DNA of 60,180 nucleotides, taken from a virus (lineage: Duplodnaviria; Caudoviricetes). Both the position numbers and the translations under genes were made by a program. Location: positions 1-60,180 of the IMG/VR virus record IMGVR_UViG_3300047388_000264; one strand, given 5' to 3'. Below, piece after piece: positions 9,004 to 17,660 of the stretch (position 1 is its first letter; each line of letters begins with the position of its first letter). The notes beneath the pieces were generated by a model. The model had not been told where the DNA came from. It did no database searches and saw only the letters and a list, made by a program, of their open reading frames with translations.

Positions 9004-9501
9004 TGTGATCGTAACGTCCACCGCGCCCGCTGTGATCGTGGAAATATTCGCAACCGTGGAGGTCAGAGCGAGAATCAGATTGGTCCCAGCGTAACTGACT
9101 ATCGGAACCGTTGGCAACGCGACACTGAAGTTTGTGTTTGCTACCGCTGCCATAAGATCAAAAGGCGTCGAAACGCAAGCTGTGAGCGTTCCAGTGACCC
9201 CCAGTGTTGCCGTGAGGGTAGCTTGCATCCCAGTGAATGCCGTAGTACTTTTGACGATACAGGAAAGTACCATCGCCTTTGCCGGGAGCGCAAAGATGGT
9301 AAGGCTCTGCGTGGTCGCTGCGGACTTCGCTGTTGTGACTACTGTTCCAACCTGATTTGTGATCGTGAAATTCGCACCGGAATTGGCAATCGACCATTTA
9401 GCGGATTGTACGGATGCGCCGGGATTCGTGGGAAAATAGTGAAGTGTTGTAGCTTGAGCAAAACCCATAGAGCTAATGAGAAAAAAGATTACTGCCAGCA
9501 T
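8986..9501 (-). CDS. Signal-peptide-bearing beta-sandwich virion/spike protein
   Basis: MLAVIFFLISSMGFA|Q; Thr/Ala/Val-rich beta strands. Confidence 0.55.
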   Translation of the reverse strand: MLAVIFFLISSMGFAQATTLHYFPTNPGASVQSAKWSIANSGANFTITNQVGTVVTTAKSAATTQSLTIFALPAKAMVLSCIVKSTTAFTGMQATLTATLGVTGTLTACVSTPFDLMAAVANTNFSVALPTVPIVSYAGTNLILALTSTVANISTITAGAVDVTITWQVLP

Positions 9502-11699
9502 CGTTTCACCCCGTTCACTGCCTCGACGTGTGCGCCAGTACCGGACCCGGCACAGGTATTGTCCACTCCACTTGTAACCGTGCAGTCTGAACAGAAAGTC
9601 ATTTTTCCATTGGTAAGCGTTCCGAGGGTAGCAAACGTCAAGACTCTCTCTTGCTGTCGAGCATTGCTATCAAACGCAGCAAGTACTGTAGTGCCATCCG
9701 AATCTAACAGTTCCATAACGTCGGCTGACTGCATGGCGACCCGTTGAAGTTTTTCCGTCACGTCGGTGGTTTTCAGGCTCACTACATGGAGGTCAGCCGT
9801 GGGAGCGTCGATATTGATTCCGAATCTTCCACCGTCCCCGTCCATAGTTCCCCCAGAGACTACTGTAAATGCATAAGGTATGTTTCCATCTGGATGTGAT
9901 GAACCGAGCGCCAACATGATTTCGCCAGCGTTCAAGGGAAAGAGTTGTCCAGCGCCTCCGCGATACGCCCCTAATAAAATCGCGGCATTGTCGGTTGTGG
10001 CCAGAGCAGAAGTGCCTAATATGTTACCAATAATTTGAGAACCGTAAGCCTGAATCGCCATGCTGCTATTTGGCAAAGTGTAACCATAGAAAAAAGCTCC
10101 CCCTTGTCCTGGGTATGCTTCTGCAATTGTTGCTACTTGTGCTGGTCCGTTCGCCGGCATCGTCATATCTTGAATTTGGTAGCCACCGAAATTATTAGCA
10201 GGATTGCTGAGAAAGGTCCACTCAGTGTTATTCAAGGTTCCAGCGCTACTCGTTAAATTTACAAATGGAAATCCTAGCGCGTCGTACAATGTTCCACCAG
10301 TCATGTTTACTCCAAAAGGCTGGCTACAAAGCCCCAGTCCCGCGTCGGCGGTATTGTCCAGATAGGTCGTAGTAGTGTTATCCGCGATGGTTGCTAGGAG
10401 AGCCTGGCAGGTGGAAGATGCTGCGATCGTATAAGCAACAGTCCGATAAAGTTTGCGCGCCGTGGTTCCCGCTGGACCCAAGGGAATCGCGCTAACCTGC
10501 ACCTTTCCGTCCATCGTCTTATCCGCAACCGTAACCGTCGCGGAGTTGAAAAGCATGTCGGTTTCTCCGCGCGGCATCACAAATGTCACTGCGTAATCGT
10601 GACTGCCGTTGTCCACGTTCCCCGCTCCCGCACCGGCTAGAGCAGTAGTAACTGCGGTGGGCGAATCGACTTGATTGGCTTGAAAATTGCCGAAGTTACC
10701 GATATTCCCCACGCCCGATTTGAACGTGCTCGAAGTTCCGTAAAGTTGCACGTCGCCAGCCGAGCCAGCGGGGAGAGTGCCGGAGCTTACGAACGCCTGC
10801 CATTGCGACATATCCACCGTATAAGTTCCACCACCCCCGTTGGTGCTAAGAACAATTCCGATCACTTGCCCCGAGGTTGGATAGGTTGCTCCAGCATCAG
10901 TACAATCACCCGCCACCGACGCGCTAATCTGGACGTAGTGCCCCGCCGTAGTTGCTCCATCGAACACACACCCATGTTGACCGGCTTCCTGGATCACGGC
11001 GCTCCCGGTCGTCCCCGCGCCTGAGTCCACGATCCCAATCGCCCCTCCAGTATCTCCAGCCCCGGAGATCACCGCCTTAGATGGTGCGCCCGTGAGTTTT
11101 GCGAGCTTGCTTACCGTTGTGCCCGTCATGGCGGCATTGGGAATCGTTTCGCATACCCCGGTGCCAACCAGAGTTCCGGTGGTGGTGATCGGCCCTCCGC
11201 TGATTCCGCATCCGGTATTGATGGAGGTTACCGAACCGCCCTTGTTGCTCACCGCCGCGCTGCTATTCCGAAACCCGTACAGCACGCCCGTAAGAGTCCC
11301 TGTGCCCGTTGCCGCCACATTCACCCGTACCCACGAAATATCCGCCGTGCCGTTCACCGCCTGAAGCGAGCCGCCCGTATTGCTCACAATCGGATTCACG
11401 AACCCGGTCGAAATCGTGCCCGCGAAAGATCCGAAGGACACCGTAGTGTTCACGCTCGATCCGCTCTGGAGCGTCACGGACACGCCGGTCATGCCGGTAC
11501 TTTGGTACATGAGCGTCCACGCCGCGCACCCCTTCTGCCGGTTATCGCCAGGGCCGTTAGCGGTAGCGGTCACCGGATAGTTCCCCGCTGCGGTGAACGT
11601 GAACGGGATGAAGCAATCCGGCTGAATGAGGGTGGAGCTTTGGGCGTGGAGCGGGGCGATCAGCAGCGCCCACAAGTAAAATATGTTGCGGAGTTTCAT
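9489..11699 (-). CDS. Large spike / receptor-binding protein candidate with signal peptide (736 aa)
   Basis: Likely start ATG 11699 (AAAGGA SD): MKLRNIFYLWALLIAPLHA|Q; Gly/Thr/Ser-rich multi-domain beta protein. Confidence 0.65.
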   Translation of the reverse strand: MKLRNIFYLWALLIAPLHAQSSTLIQPDCFIPFTFTAAGNYPVTATANGPGDNRQKGCAAWTLMYQSTGMTGVSVTLQSGSSVNTTVSFGSFAGTISTGFVNPIVSNTGGSLQAVNGTADISWVRVNVAATGTGTLTGVLYGFRNSSAAVSNKGGSVTSINTGCGISGGPITTTGTLVGTGVCETIPNAAMTGTTVSKLAKLTGAPSKAVISGAGDTGGAIGIVDSGAGTTGSAVIQEAGQHGCVFDGATTAGHYVQISASVAGDCTDAGATYPTSGQVIGIVLSTNGGGGTYTVDMSQWQAFVSSGTLPAGSAGDVQLYGTSSTFKSGVGNIGNFGNFQANQVDSPTAVTTALAGAGAGNVDNGSHDYAVTFVMPRGETDMLFNSATVTVADKTMDGKVQVSAIPLGPAGTTARKLYRTVAYTIAASSTCQALLATIADNTTTTYLDNTADAGLGLCSQPFGVNMTGGTLYDALGFPFVNLTSSAGTLNNTEWTFLSNPANNFGGYQIQDMTMPANGPAQVATIAEAYPGQGGAFFYGYTLPNSSMAIQAYGSQIIGNILGTSALATTDNAAILLGAYRGGAGQLFPLNAGEIMLALGSSHPDGNIPYAFTVVSGGTMDGDGGRFGINIDAPTADLHVVSLKTTDVTEKLQRVAMQSADVMELLDSDGTTVLAAFDSNARQQERVLTFATLGTLTNGKMTFCSDCTVTSGVDNTCAGSGTGAHVEAVNGVKRCWQ

Positions 11700-11709
11700 G
11701 AAGTCCTTT

Positions 11710-12018
11710 CTAGCCGGTTGGGTTGCCTTCCATTTGTGATTGCCTTCCGGCCTGAAAATTCGTATCTCGTTCCGATGCCGCCGCCTTTTCCTGTTGTTTG
11801 CCAACTTCGATTGACGCCTTACGAACCTCGGCCACAAGTTCATCCTTCAGATGGTTCGTGTTCTGCTCAACCTTAGCCACTTGCGTCATTGCTTCCTTCG
11901 CGTGTTGCGATGCCTTGTAGGAAAAGTACGCGGCGACCATTCCGCCCACTGCTCCGAACAGCCCCGGCACACCTACGGTAAGCCCGCGTATCAGTTCGAT
12001 CTGTACGGCATCGGTCAT
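11710..12018 (-). CDS. Membrane protein with TM helix and coiled coil (holin-like)
   Basis: N-terminal hydrophobic helix followed by a heptad-like charged segment. Confidence 0.5.
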   Translation of the reverse strand: MTDAVQIELIRGLTVGVPGLFGAVGGMVAAYFSYKASQHAKEAMTQVAKVEQNTNHLKDELVAEVRKASIEVGKQQEKAAASERDTNFQAGRQSQMEGNPTG

Positions 12019-12031
12019 TCATCGTTCCCTT

Positions 12032-12496
12032 TCAGCGCGGCCAAAAGAATCCCCTTAGCCCACAGATAATTTTACCCGTTCCCGGCGCTGGCAAGCTCCC
12101 GGTTGTGTTTGGGGCCGTCACGATATAGCTCACGGTGTTACCCGAATAGATCCTCAGCCCGCCCTGAATGTACTGGTACCACTTGACTGTTCCCAACTGT
12201 ACCAGAATGTTTCCGCAGTCGCGCAAGAACCGCGTCGCGTTCAGCGTGAGATTCACCGCCACGCGCCACGCGAGATCGCCGGAGCCATCGACAAAGCCGC
12301 CCAGCGTGAAGGCGTTGAACTGGCCAAGAATGATGCCGTCGTAACCGATAGGCACTTGAAACGAGAACACGGTCACGTCTCCCGCTGCCGGGGCAGGGAG
12401 AGGGATCGCGAAGCGCGGGGAGAACTGCACGGCCCCGGACGGCGGCTCCACTGGCCGATAGACTTCTGTGAGCGGATTGGCGGCAACGGCTCCCAT
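12032..12496 (-). CDS. Single jelly-roll-like minor capsid/penton candidate, paralog of 14149-14823
   Basis: Shares VPxGYDGxI, GFVDGSGDxxWR, RFLRDxGN, GGLRxYS and GxxWPR with the upstream paralog. Confidence 0.6.
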   Translation of the reverse strand: MGAVAANPLTEVYRPVEPPSGAVQFSPRFAIPLPAPAAGDVTVFSFQVPIGYDGIILGQFNAFTLGGFVDGSGDLAWRVAVNLTLNATRFLRDCGNILVQLGTVKWYQYIQGGLRIYSGNTVSYIVTAPNTTGSLPAPGTGKIICGLRGFFWPR

Positions 12497-12502
12497 AAGC
12501 GG

Positions 12503-14134
12503 CTACGCCGGCAACCCCCACTCTCGCTCATCCATCTTGAAACACGCTGGCAGTTTCGCGCAGCCCAGCCGTTCGTAGTCGATGGTCGAGTACAGCCGGA
12601 AGTCGCGCGCAAGGCAGTTGTCAAACTCGTTAGGGATGTAGGGATTCGGGCGACGCCCCGCCGCGCCAGTGGGCGGAGTAATGATGATGCTACAAGTGAC
12701 TACGGCAGTCAGACCGTTGGCATCTGTAACCGTGACGGTATAGGAATACGGCCCCTGAAGCTGAGGGATGCCGGAAATCACTCCGGTTGTGGCATTCAGG
12801 GTTAAGCCGGGCGGAAGCGCCCCGCCCGTAACGGCAAACGTAAATGGCCCCGTGCCAGTAGCGATCAGTTGCGCGGAAAAGAAGCTGCCAATCGTGCCGG
12901 TATTGGCAAGCGGGCAGGCGAGCGTAGGCGGCGTCCCCTGCGTGAAAATCGTGTACGCAACCGTGCTATGCGGCGTGAACTCCGTGTTGGTCTGCAACGT
13001 CCAGCTACCGTCTGATTTTTGAAGCGCCATCCCCGATAGCTGATATGGTGGATGAGTAGAGGCTGGTTGTCCGGGATACGGAGTTACGGTCGAATCAAAA
13101 AACGACACGGGTGCGCCGAAGGTTGCGCCGTTGTAGGTCGAAAGCCAGATGTAGGAATTGCCGCCTACGCCAAAGGCGATTACGTCCCAGAACACGGTCG
13201 CATTGCCAGCTATGCTCTCCGCCGCTACCAAATCGCGCGCCTCATACGAATTGCTGGGGATGGTGACCGCGCCTCCAGGATCGAGGTTGATCACACTCCA
13301 CGTGGGCGTAACAAGGCTGTCCCCGATCAGCACGAAAGGCTCAATGATCCCATCGGCCCCTACTAACTCAGAGAACGGAAAGAAAATCTTGCCGCCCGAA
13401 AGCAGCATCAGACTTGTGCCGTTTTCGACCGCATCCGGTGGGTTGACCGTCCAGGCGATAGATGGCGCGCCTACGACTCCACCCGCTGAAATCTGGAAAT
13501 AATAAAAGTCGAAGACGGTGGGTCCGCCATGCTGATCCTGGCAGATACAGTGAATCTTGCCGCTAGCCTCCATCGCCATGTCGGACGGAACGATAGCGTT
13601 GGCCGTGATAACATTGGTATCCGCGCCCCAAACGCCAGCCGTCCAGGTTGCGTAGTCCACTTTCGTTCCGGCACCGCCAGCAGCGAACACAATCCAGCGT
13701 GTTCCACCGGGCTGGACCTTAATCAAGATGGAGGTGAGCGTCCCGAATAGGTTGATGGTGGGGTGTGGTGCACTCAACCCACCGTAGGAATCAGTGGACG
13801 CATCGAAAGTTTGCAGCAGAGGTGGACGATTTGCGGTCTTCGATGCCACCCCAACAAAATAGATCACCGTTCCGCTTCCCGGATAGAATGCGTTTGCCGG
13901 TCCTTCGATCAAGCCAGAGGAACCGCCTACGATGCTCCACGTGGCGCGGCCATCGCTACTCTTGAGAACTTCTACGGCTTGACCGGCGAATGGCTCCAGC
14001 CATGTGTACCACGCACCATTGATGAACCACGGACCCGCAGATACGCCCGTACCAGCCTGCCCGGTCTGGGACATTTGCGCGAAGTTGGTCGCATCCGGCG
14101 CGACGGGAGGCAGGGTGACAAGAGGAGGAGCCAT
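12503..14134 (-). CDS. Beta-propeller/sialidase-like protein with an Ig domain (543 aa), vertex/spike candidate
   Basis: Likely start ATG 14134; Asp-box-like KSSDGRATW and STYNGATF; He_PIG-like LPPGLTLNATTGVISGIP. Confidence 0.6.
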   Translation of the reverse strand: MAPPLVTLPPVAPDATNFAQMSQTGQAGTGVSAGPWFINGAWYTWLEPFAGQAVEVLKSSDGRATWSIVGGSSGLIEGPANAFYPGSGTVIYFVGVASKTANRPPLLQTFDASTDSYGGLSAPHPTINLFGTLTSILIKVQPGGTRWIVFAAGGAGTKVDYATWTAGVWGADTNVITANAIVPSDMAMEASGKIHCICQDQHGGPTVFDFYYFQISAGGVVGAPSIAWTVNPPDAVENGTSLMLLSGGKIFFPFSELVGADGIIEPFVLIGDSLVTPTWSVINLDPGGAVTIPSNSYEARDLVAAESIAGNATVFWDVIAFGVGGNSYIWLSTYNGATFGAPVSFFDSTVTPYPGQPASTHPPYQLSGMALQKSDGSWTLQTNTEFTPHSTVAYTIFTQGTPPTLACPLANTGTIGSFFSAQLIATGTGPFTFAVTGGALPPGLTLNATTGVISGIPQLQGPYSYTVTVTDANGLTAVVTCSIIITPPTGAAGRRPNPYIPNEFDNCLARDFRLYSTIDYERLGCAKLPACFKMDEREWGLPA

Positions 14135-14148
14135 AAGCGCTGCTACTA

Positions 14149-14823
14149 CTATCTTGGCCAGTACCATCCGCTTATCCCCGCGATAATATTCCCGTTCGCA
14201 ATAGCCGCCGCTGGAGCGACTGCGGCGTACACACTGACCAAATCCCAACTATAAACTCGCAGCCCACCGCGCGGAATCGGCGATGGAAACTGAAACGAAC
14301 CGATGGACACCTGGACGTTGCCGTGATCGCGTAAGAAGCGCCCGCCCGTTCCGGCAGGGTCCACGAGATAATCCGACGCGAGCCGCCATGAGATATCGCC
14401 GCTGCCGTCCACAAAGCCTGTGCCGGTGAACTCAAAAATGATCTCTGTGATCACGCCGTCGTAGCCGAGCGGTACGCGCTCCTGAAGCACGATTGTATCG
14501 AGGCCATTGAATCCTGGGCCGGGGACCTGAAACGCTGAGAGTGGCTGACTGCCGATGGGCCGGAAGCGCCTGCCGTCAGGCGGCATAGAGATCCACGGAG
14601 GCGTCTGGTAATAACCGCGCCCACCGGGGTAGTTGTGCTCGATCCCGCCGCACGCTAGTAGGTTCATCCACTGCGAGAGATCCCGACTCAAGCAGTTGTC
14701 CCACACGTTTGCGCCATACATCTGGCTGCGCATCGGCGGCACGTTGGGCGTGATCGGATTCGCCGGGTTAGGCGGTAGGATGTTCAGCGGGACCACGTGC
14801 AGGTTGGGATTGTAGGGGATCAT
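14149..14823 (-). CDS. Single jelly-roll-like structural protein (224 aa)
   Basis: Start ATG 14823 by ATGA overlap; paralog of 12032-12496; ends in three tandem TAG codons. Confidence 0.6.
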   Translation of the reverse strand: MIPYNPNLHVVPLNILPPNPANPITPNVPPMRSQMYGANVWDNCLSRDLSQWMNLLACGGIEHNYPGGRGYYQTPPWISMPPDGRRFRPIGSQPLSAFQVPGPGFNGLDTIVLQERVPLGYDGVITEIIFEFTGTGFVDGSGDISWRLASDYLVDPAGTGGRFLRDHGNVQVSIGSFQFPSPIPRGGLRVYSWDLVSVYAAVAPAAAIANGNIIAGISGWYWPR

Positions 14824-15410
14824 GCCGAGTAGACCCCTTGCGCCTTGAGCAACTGAACGAACTGATCGGGCGGTAAGCACGGCTCCGCGATGAATAGCAC
14901 AAGCTGGCAGTGAACCTCCGCGCTATTGGAATTATAAATCTCGCAGTCCAGTTTCGCCGGATCGCCGATGATGCGCGGCTGCGAGAGCAAATGTGGCGCG
15001 CGAAACGTGCCGGTTGCGAATTGGCCGCTCAAGCCGATCAGCGTAGGGTCGCACAGGAAATTCATCGCTCGCGGGTAGTCGGAAAAGAGCGGTGTCTCCG
15101 TACAGACGTCCGTGATCTGGACGTGAACCAGCGGAGCCAGCCCGCTATCGACCTCGCTGGCGAACATCGCGAAGGAAAGACCCCACAGAAAAGAGCCCGG
15201 CTGCGGAGCGATCTGATACTCCACTTGCGAGTAGGCCGCAATAGGCTCCTCCAGCGAATCCGGAACGATGTAATGGCGCGGGCGGAACGCGGAGGCCCGG
15301 CGCAGCACGTCCATCTGGCCGAGGATCAGCGCCCGGTAGCTCGTTGGCACGAGCAACTGGGAATTGCTCATTGCGAAGCCGTCGCAAATGTCGCGCTCGA
15401 TGGTGCTCAT
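14820..15410 (-). CDS. Jelly-roll-like minor structural protein
   Basis: VQITD...LFSD...PRII...LDCEIYN...CQLVLF resembles the 137-aa and 276-aa neighbours. Confidence 0.5.
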   Translation of the reverse strand: MSTIERDICDGFAMSNSQLLVPTSYRALILGQMDVLRRASAFRPRHYIVPDSLEEPIAAYSQVEYQIAPQPGSFLWGLSFAMFASEVDSGLAPLVHVQITDVCTETPLFSDYPRAMNFLCDPTLIGLSGQFATGTFRAPHLLSQPRIIGDPAKLDCEIYNSNSAEVHCQLVLFIAEPCLPPDQFVQLLKAQGVYSA

Positions 15411-15550
15411 GCCTTCGCCGCCTTTGCCTTATTGTCCACGCGAGCCAGTAATTCCGCTACTCGCGCTCCCAGTTCGGCGAGTCGCTGCTCCGTAGTCCGC
15501 GCCTGATCTCTCAATTCGATGATAATCTCATCAAGCCTCTTTACGGGCAT
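15407..15550 (-). CDS. 47-aa coiled-coil peptide
   Basis: Overlaps both neighbours; heptad pattern LDEIIIELRDQ...LAELGARVAELL. Confidence 0.45.
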   Translation of the reverse strand: MPVKRLDEIIIELRDQARTTEQRLAELGARVAELLARVDNKAKAAKA

Positions 15551-16371
15551 GGAATCCTCCGCGCGCCGTGAAACAACAACTGGTAGGTCTGCGGCAACAC
15601 CGTAGGCGCAAGCAAAAGAGATGCGATGTCGAACCGGATCACAGACGCTACCTTATAAACCAGCGGTGGGCACGGCCAGAAGTTGTTCTCGCCACTCGAC
15701 AGCGCCGGATCGAAGTGAAAGAACCGATTCGCATTGATCGGAATATTGGACCGCTGAATCCGGTTCGTGTCGTACAGCCAAATCGAGAAGGGCGACGGCG
15801 AATGGTACGTGGTCATTTCCACCCGCCACAACTCGAAATCGTAATCGTCAATCGCGATGGTTTGCTGCGGGATCACCGCGCCGCCCGCGTAGGCGTTCAC
15901 GGTCAGCGTATATGGGTAGCAGAACCGCTTCAGCTTGTACTTGTAACTGGACGGGGCCGGATCACTCGATTGGCCGGGGATGCGCCGCGCGCCCGTAAAG
16001 ACAAGCTGCGAGGCGAAGGTTGAGCCGCCAACGGCGAGCCGCGCCACGTCCAGAAGATCGAAGCCGATGCGGGAATTGACGGGATAGCGTTTCTCCGGCA
16101 GCACGCATTGGCCTTGCGCGAAACTGGCAAGATTGATGTAGGTTGAGAACCACTGGCGCTTCAGGTTGTCGTAAATCTGGATGCCGCCCGCCGTTGCGGT
16201 GTTGATGACAGTTTCCATTCCGGCCCAATTTCGGCAGATGAAGTCGTAATCGTAGATGTTGATGCCGTTCACCTGACCGGGGTAGCTGCTGCCATCGGTC
16301 AAAGCATCGGCATTGAAGGCATACTGAAAGAACTGATCACCGTTGCCTGGAGGCGTGATGTAGTCGTACAC
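15541..16371 (-). CDS. Internally duplicated (double) jelly-roll-like structural protein
   Basis: Two homologous halves: DYDFICR/DYDFELWR, IQIYD/IWLYD, PEKRYPVNSRIGFDL/PPLVYKVASVIRFDI, QLVFTGARRIP/QLLFHGARRIP. Confidence 0.65.
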   Translation of the reverse strand: MYDYITPPGNGDQFFQYAFNADALTDGSSYPGQVNGINIYDYDFICRNWAGMETVINTATAGGIQIYDNLKRQWFSTYINLASFAQGQCVLPEKRYPVNSRIGFDLLDVARLAVGGSTFASQLVFTGARRIPGQSSDPAPSSYKYKLKRFCYPYTLTVNAYAGGAVIPQQTIAIDDYDFELWRVEMTTYHSPSPFSIWLYDTNRIQRSNIPINANRFFHFDPALSSGENNFWPCPPLVYKVASVIRFDIASLLLAPTVLPQTYQLLFHGARRIPCP

Positions 16372-16382
16372 TCAAGGCCCCC

Positions 16383-16796
16383 TTAGGACGTTGCGTACCG
16401 ATTCGCGCCCACGAAAAGAATCTGGATCGTGTTTTGCGCCACGCTCAAATCCTGAATGTCAATCCAGATGCGACCGCTCGCGGGATAGACCACTTCCGGT
16501 AGCCAAGGGAACGGATCGCCGGGGTTGTTCGGGTAGTTTGTTGAGTAAACCATCCCCGACTGGAGATAGTACCCTTCCCCGTCCTGAAAGCGCACAGCGA
16601 ACAGGCCGGTGCTCGTGAAGACAAGTCCACGGAAGCAAAACGCGGCTTCGCTGAAGATCGAGACTGTCTGCCCTTGCAGCACTTGGCTGGCGCTCAACAC
16701 CACGTTGTAGGTGTAGGAAAAACTAACGTCAACGAACCCCGTAGGTGACGCGTCATTCAAGCCCTGAACGCCCACCGGAGCGATGGCATTAAACAT
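16383..16796 (-). CDS. Single jelly-roll-like structural protein homologous to each half of 15541-16371
   Basis: FSYTY...AAFCFR...VRFQD...PEVVYPASGRIWIDI...IQILFVGANRY. Confidence 0.6.
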   Translation of the reverse strand: MFNAIAPVGVQGLNDASPTGFVDVSFSYTYNVVLSASQVLQGQTVSIFSEAAFCFRGLVFTSTGLFAVRFQDGEGYYLQSGMVYSTNYPNNPGDPFPWLPEVVYPASGRIWIDIQDLSVAQNTIQILFVGANRYATS

Positions 16797-17004
16797 AAAC
16801 TCGTGTACCCCGATCTCCCCCTGTCAAGGAAGTACCCGGCCCCACTCGGAGGAAGATGGGGCCGAGCCGGAGATGCGTTTGCGCTCGCACTCCGAAACAC
16901 AACACAAGAGGCAGGAGAGCGGGACTGCGTAGGAACCGCCCTCCAGTTGCTCTTGCCACGCCGTGCAGGACGCAGCCCAGTACAAAGGCTTTGCCCGGCC
17001 CGAT
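16797..17004 (-). promoter_or_regulatory. Structured 208-nt intergenic region after the putative major capsid gene
   Basis: One of the few long gaps in the operon; hairpin cggcccca...tggggccg at about 16837-16864. Confidence 0.4.
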
Positions 17005-17625
17005 TTACTGGACGCCGCGAGCGTGGAAGCCGTCGAGTACCAGTGTCGCCAGCAAACCGACGCCGCCCGAGGCGGTAGCGGTCAGCGTGAACTGGGTGCC
17101 GTTGAACCAAGCGTAGAAGCTGGCTTGGTTGTCGATCACGATGTTGATCTCGCGCGGATTCGTGGCATTCGCGCCAGGGATGCCGTTGGTAACAGCCTGT
17201 GCGTTGGAGATGCCCGAGAAGCCCGAGATTCCGCCGCCCGCTGTGTAATACCAGATGGGGCCGCGATTGTAGGACTTTTGGCCGATGTAGAACTCCAGCA
17301 CCATATTGTCGTTCAGTGCGATGAAGTCCTTGATGAGAATGTTCTCATCGACGTGAATCTGGATCGCCATCACCGCGAAAGCTTCGGGCGCATCCAGCTT
17401 CTTCGGGGTCTGCACATTGGTCAGGTTGATGGCCCGGCCAGCGGCTTGCGCGAAGAATGCCTGTGACTGGCTTCCAGCCAGCACGTTAGCGGCTTGCGCG
17501 ATGGATAGTTGATCGTACAGCGGCTCATGCTGCACGTCCATCGCATTCGGCTGATAGGTCGTTCCAAGGAATGCCTGGAAGATTTGAGCGGCTTGCGCTC
17601 CACCGGGTTGTTGATAAGTTGCCAT
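17005..17625 (-). CDS. Putative major capsid protein, single jelly-roll type (206 aa)
   Basis: Strong SD (GAAGGAGA); follows the Arg-rich core gene; beta pattern PLYD...FF...TN...F.V.AI...LEF.IG...LVLDG...RGVQ. Fold is inferred. Confidence 0.6.
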   Translation of the reverse strand: MATYQQPGGAQAAQIFQAFLGTTYQPNAMDVQHEPLYDQLSIAQAANVLAGSQSQAFFAQAAGRAINLTNVQTPKKLDAPEAFAVMAIQIHVDENILIKDFIALNDNMVLEFYIGQKSYNRGPIWYYTAGGGISGFSGISNAQAVTNGIPGANATNPREINIVIDNQASFYAWFNGTQFTLTATASGGVGLLATLVLDGFHARGVQ

Positions 17626-17660
17626 GTTATGTTTTCTCCTCTTCTCTTTCTTTCACCCGG

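Noticed and set aside
7534-14151. Genome-wide TAG reassignment (genetic code 15)
   Set aside because: TAG ends several genes at natural C-termini (7534, 2103, 14149) and long ORFs are intact under code 11.
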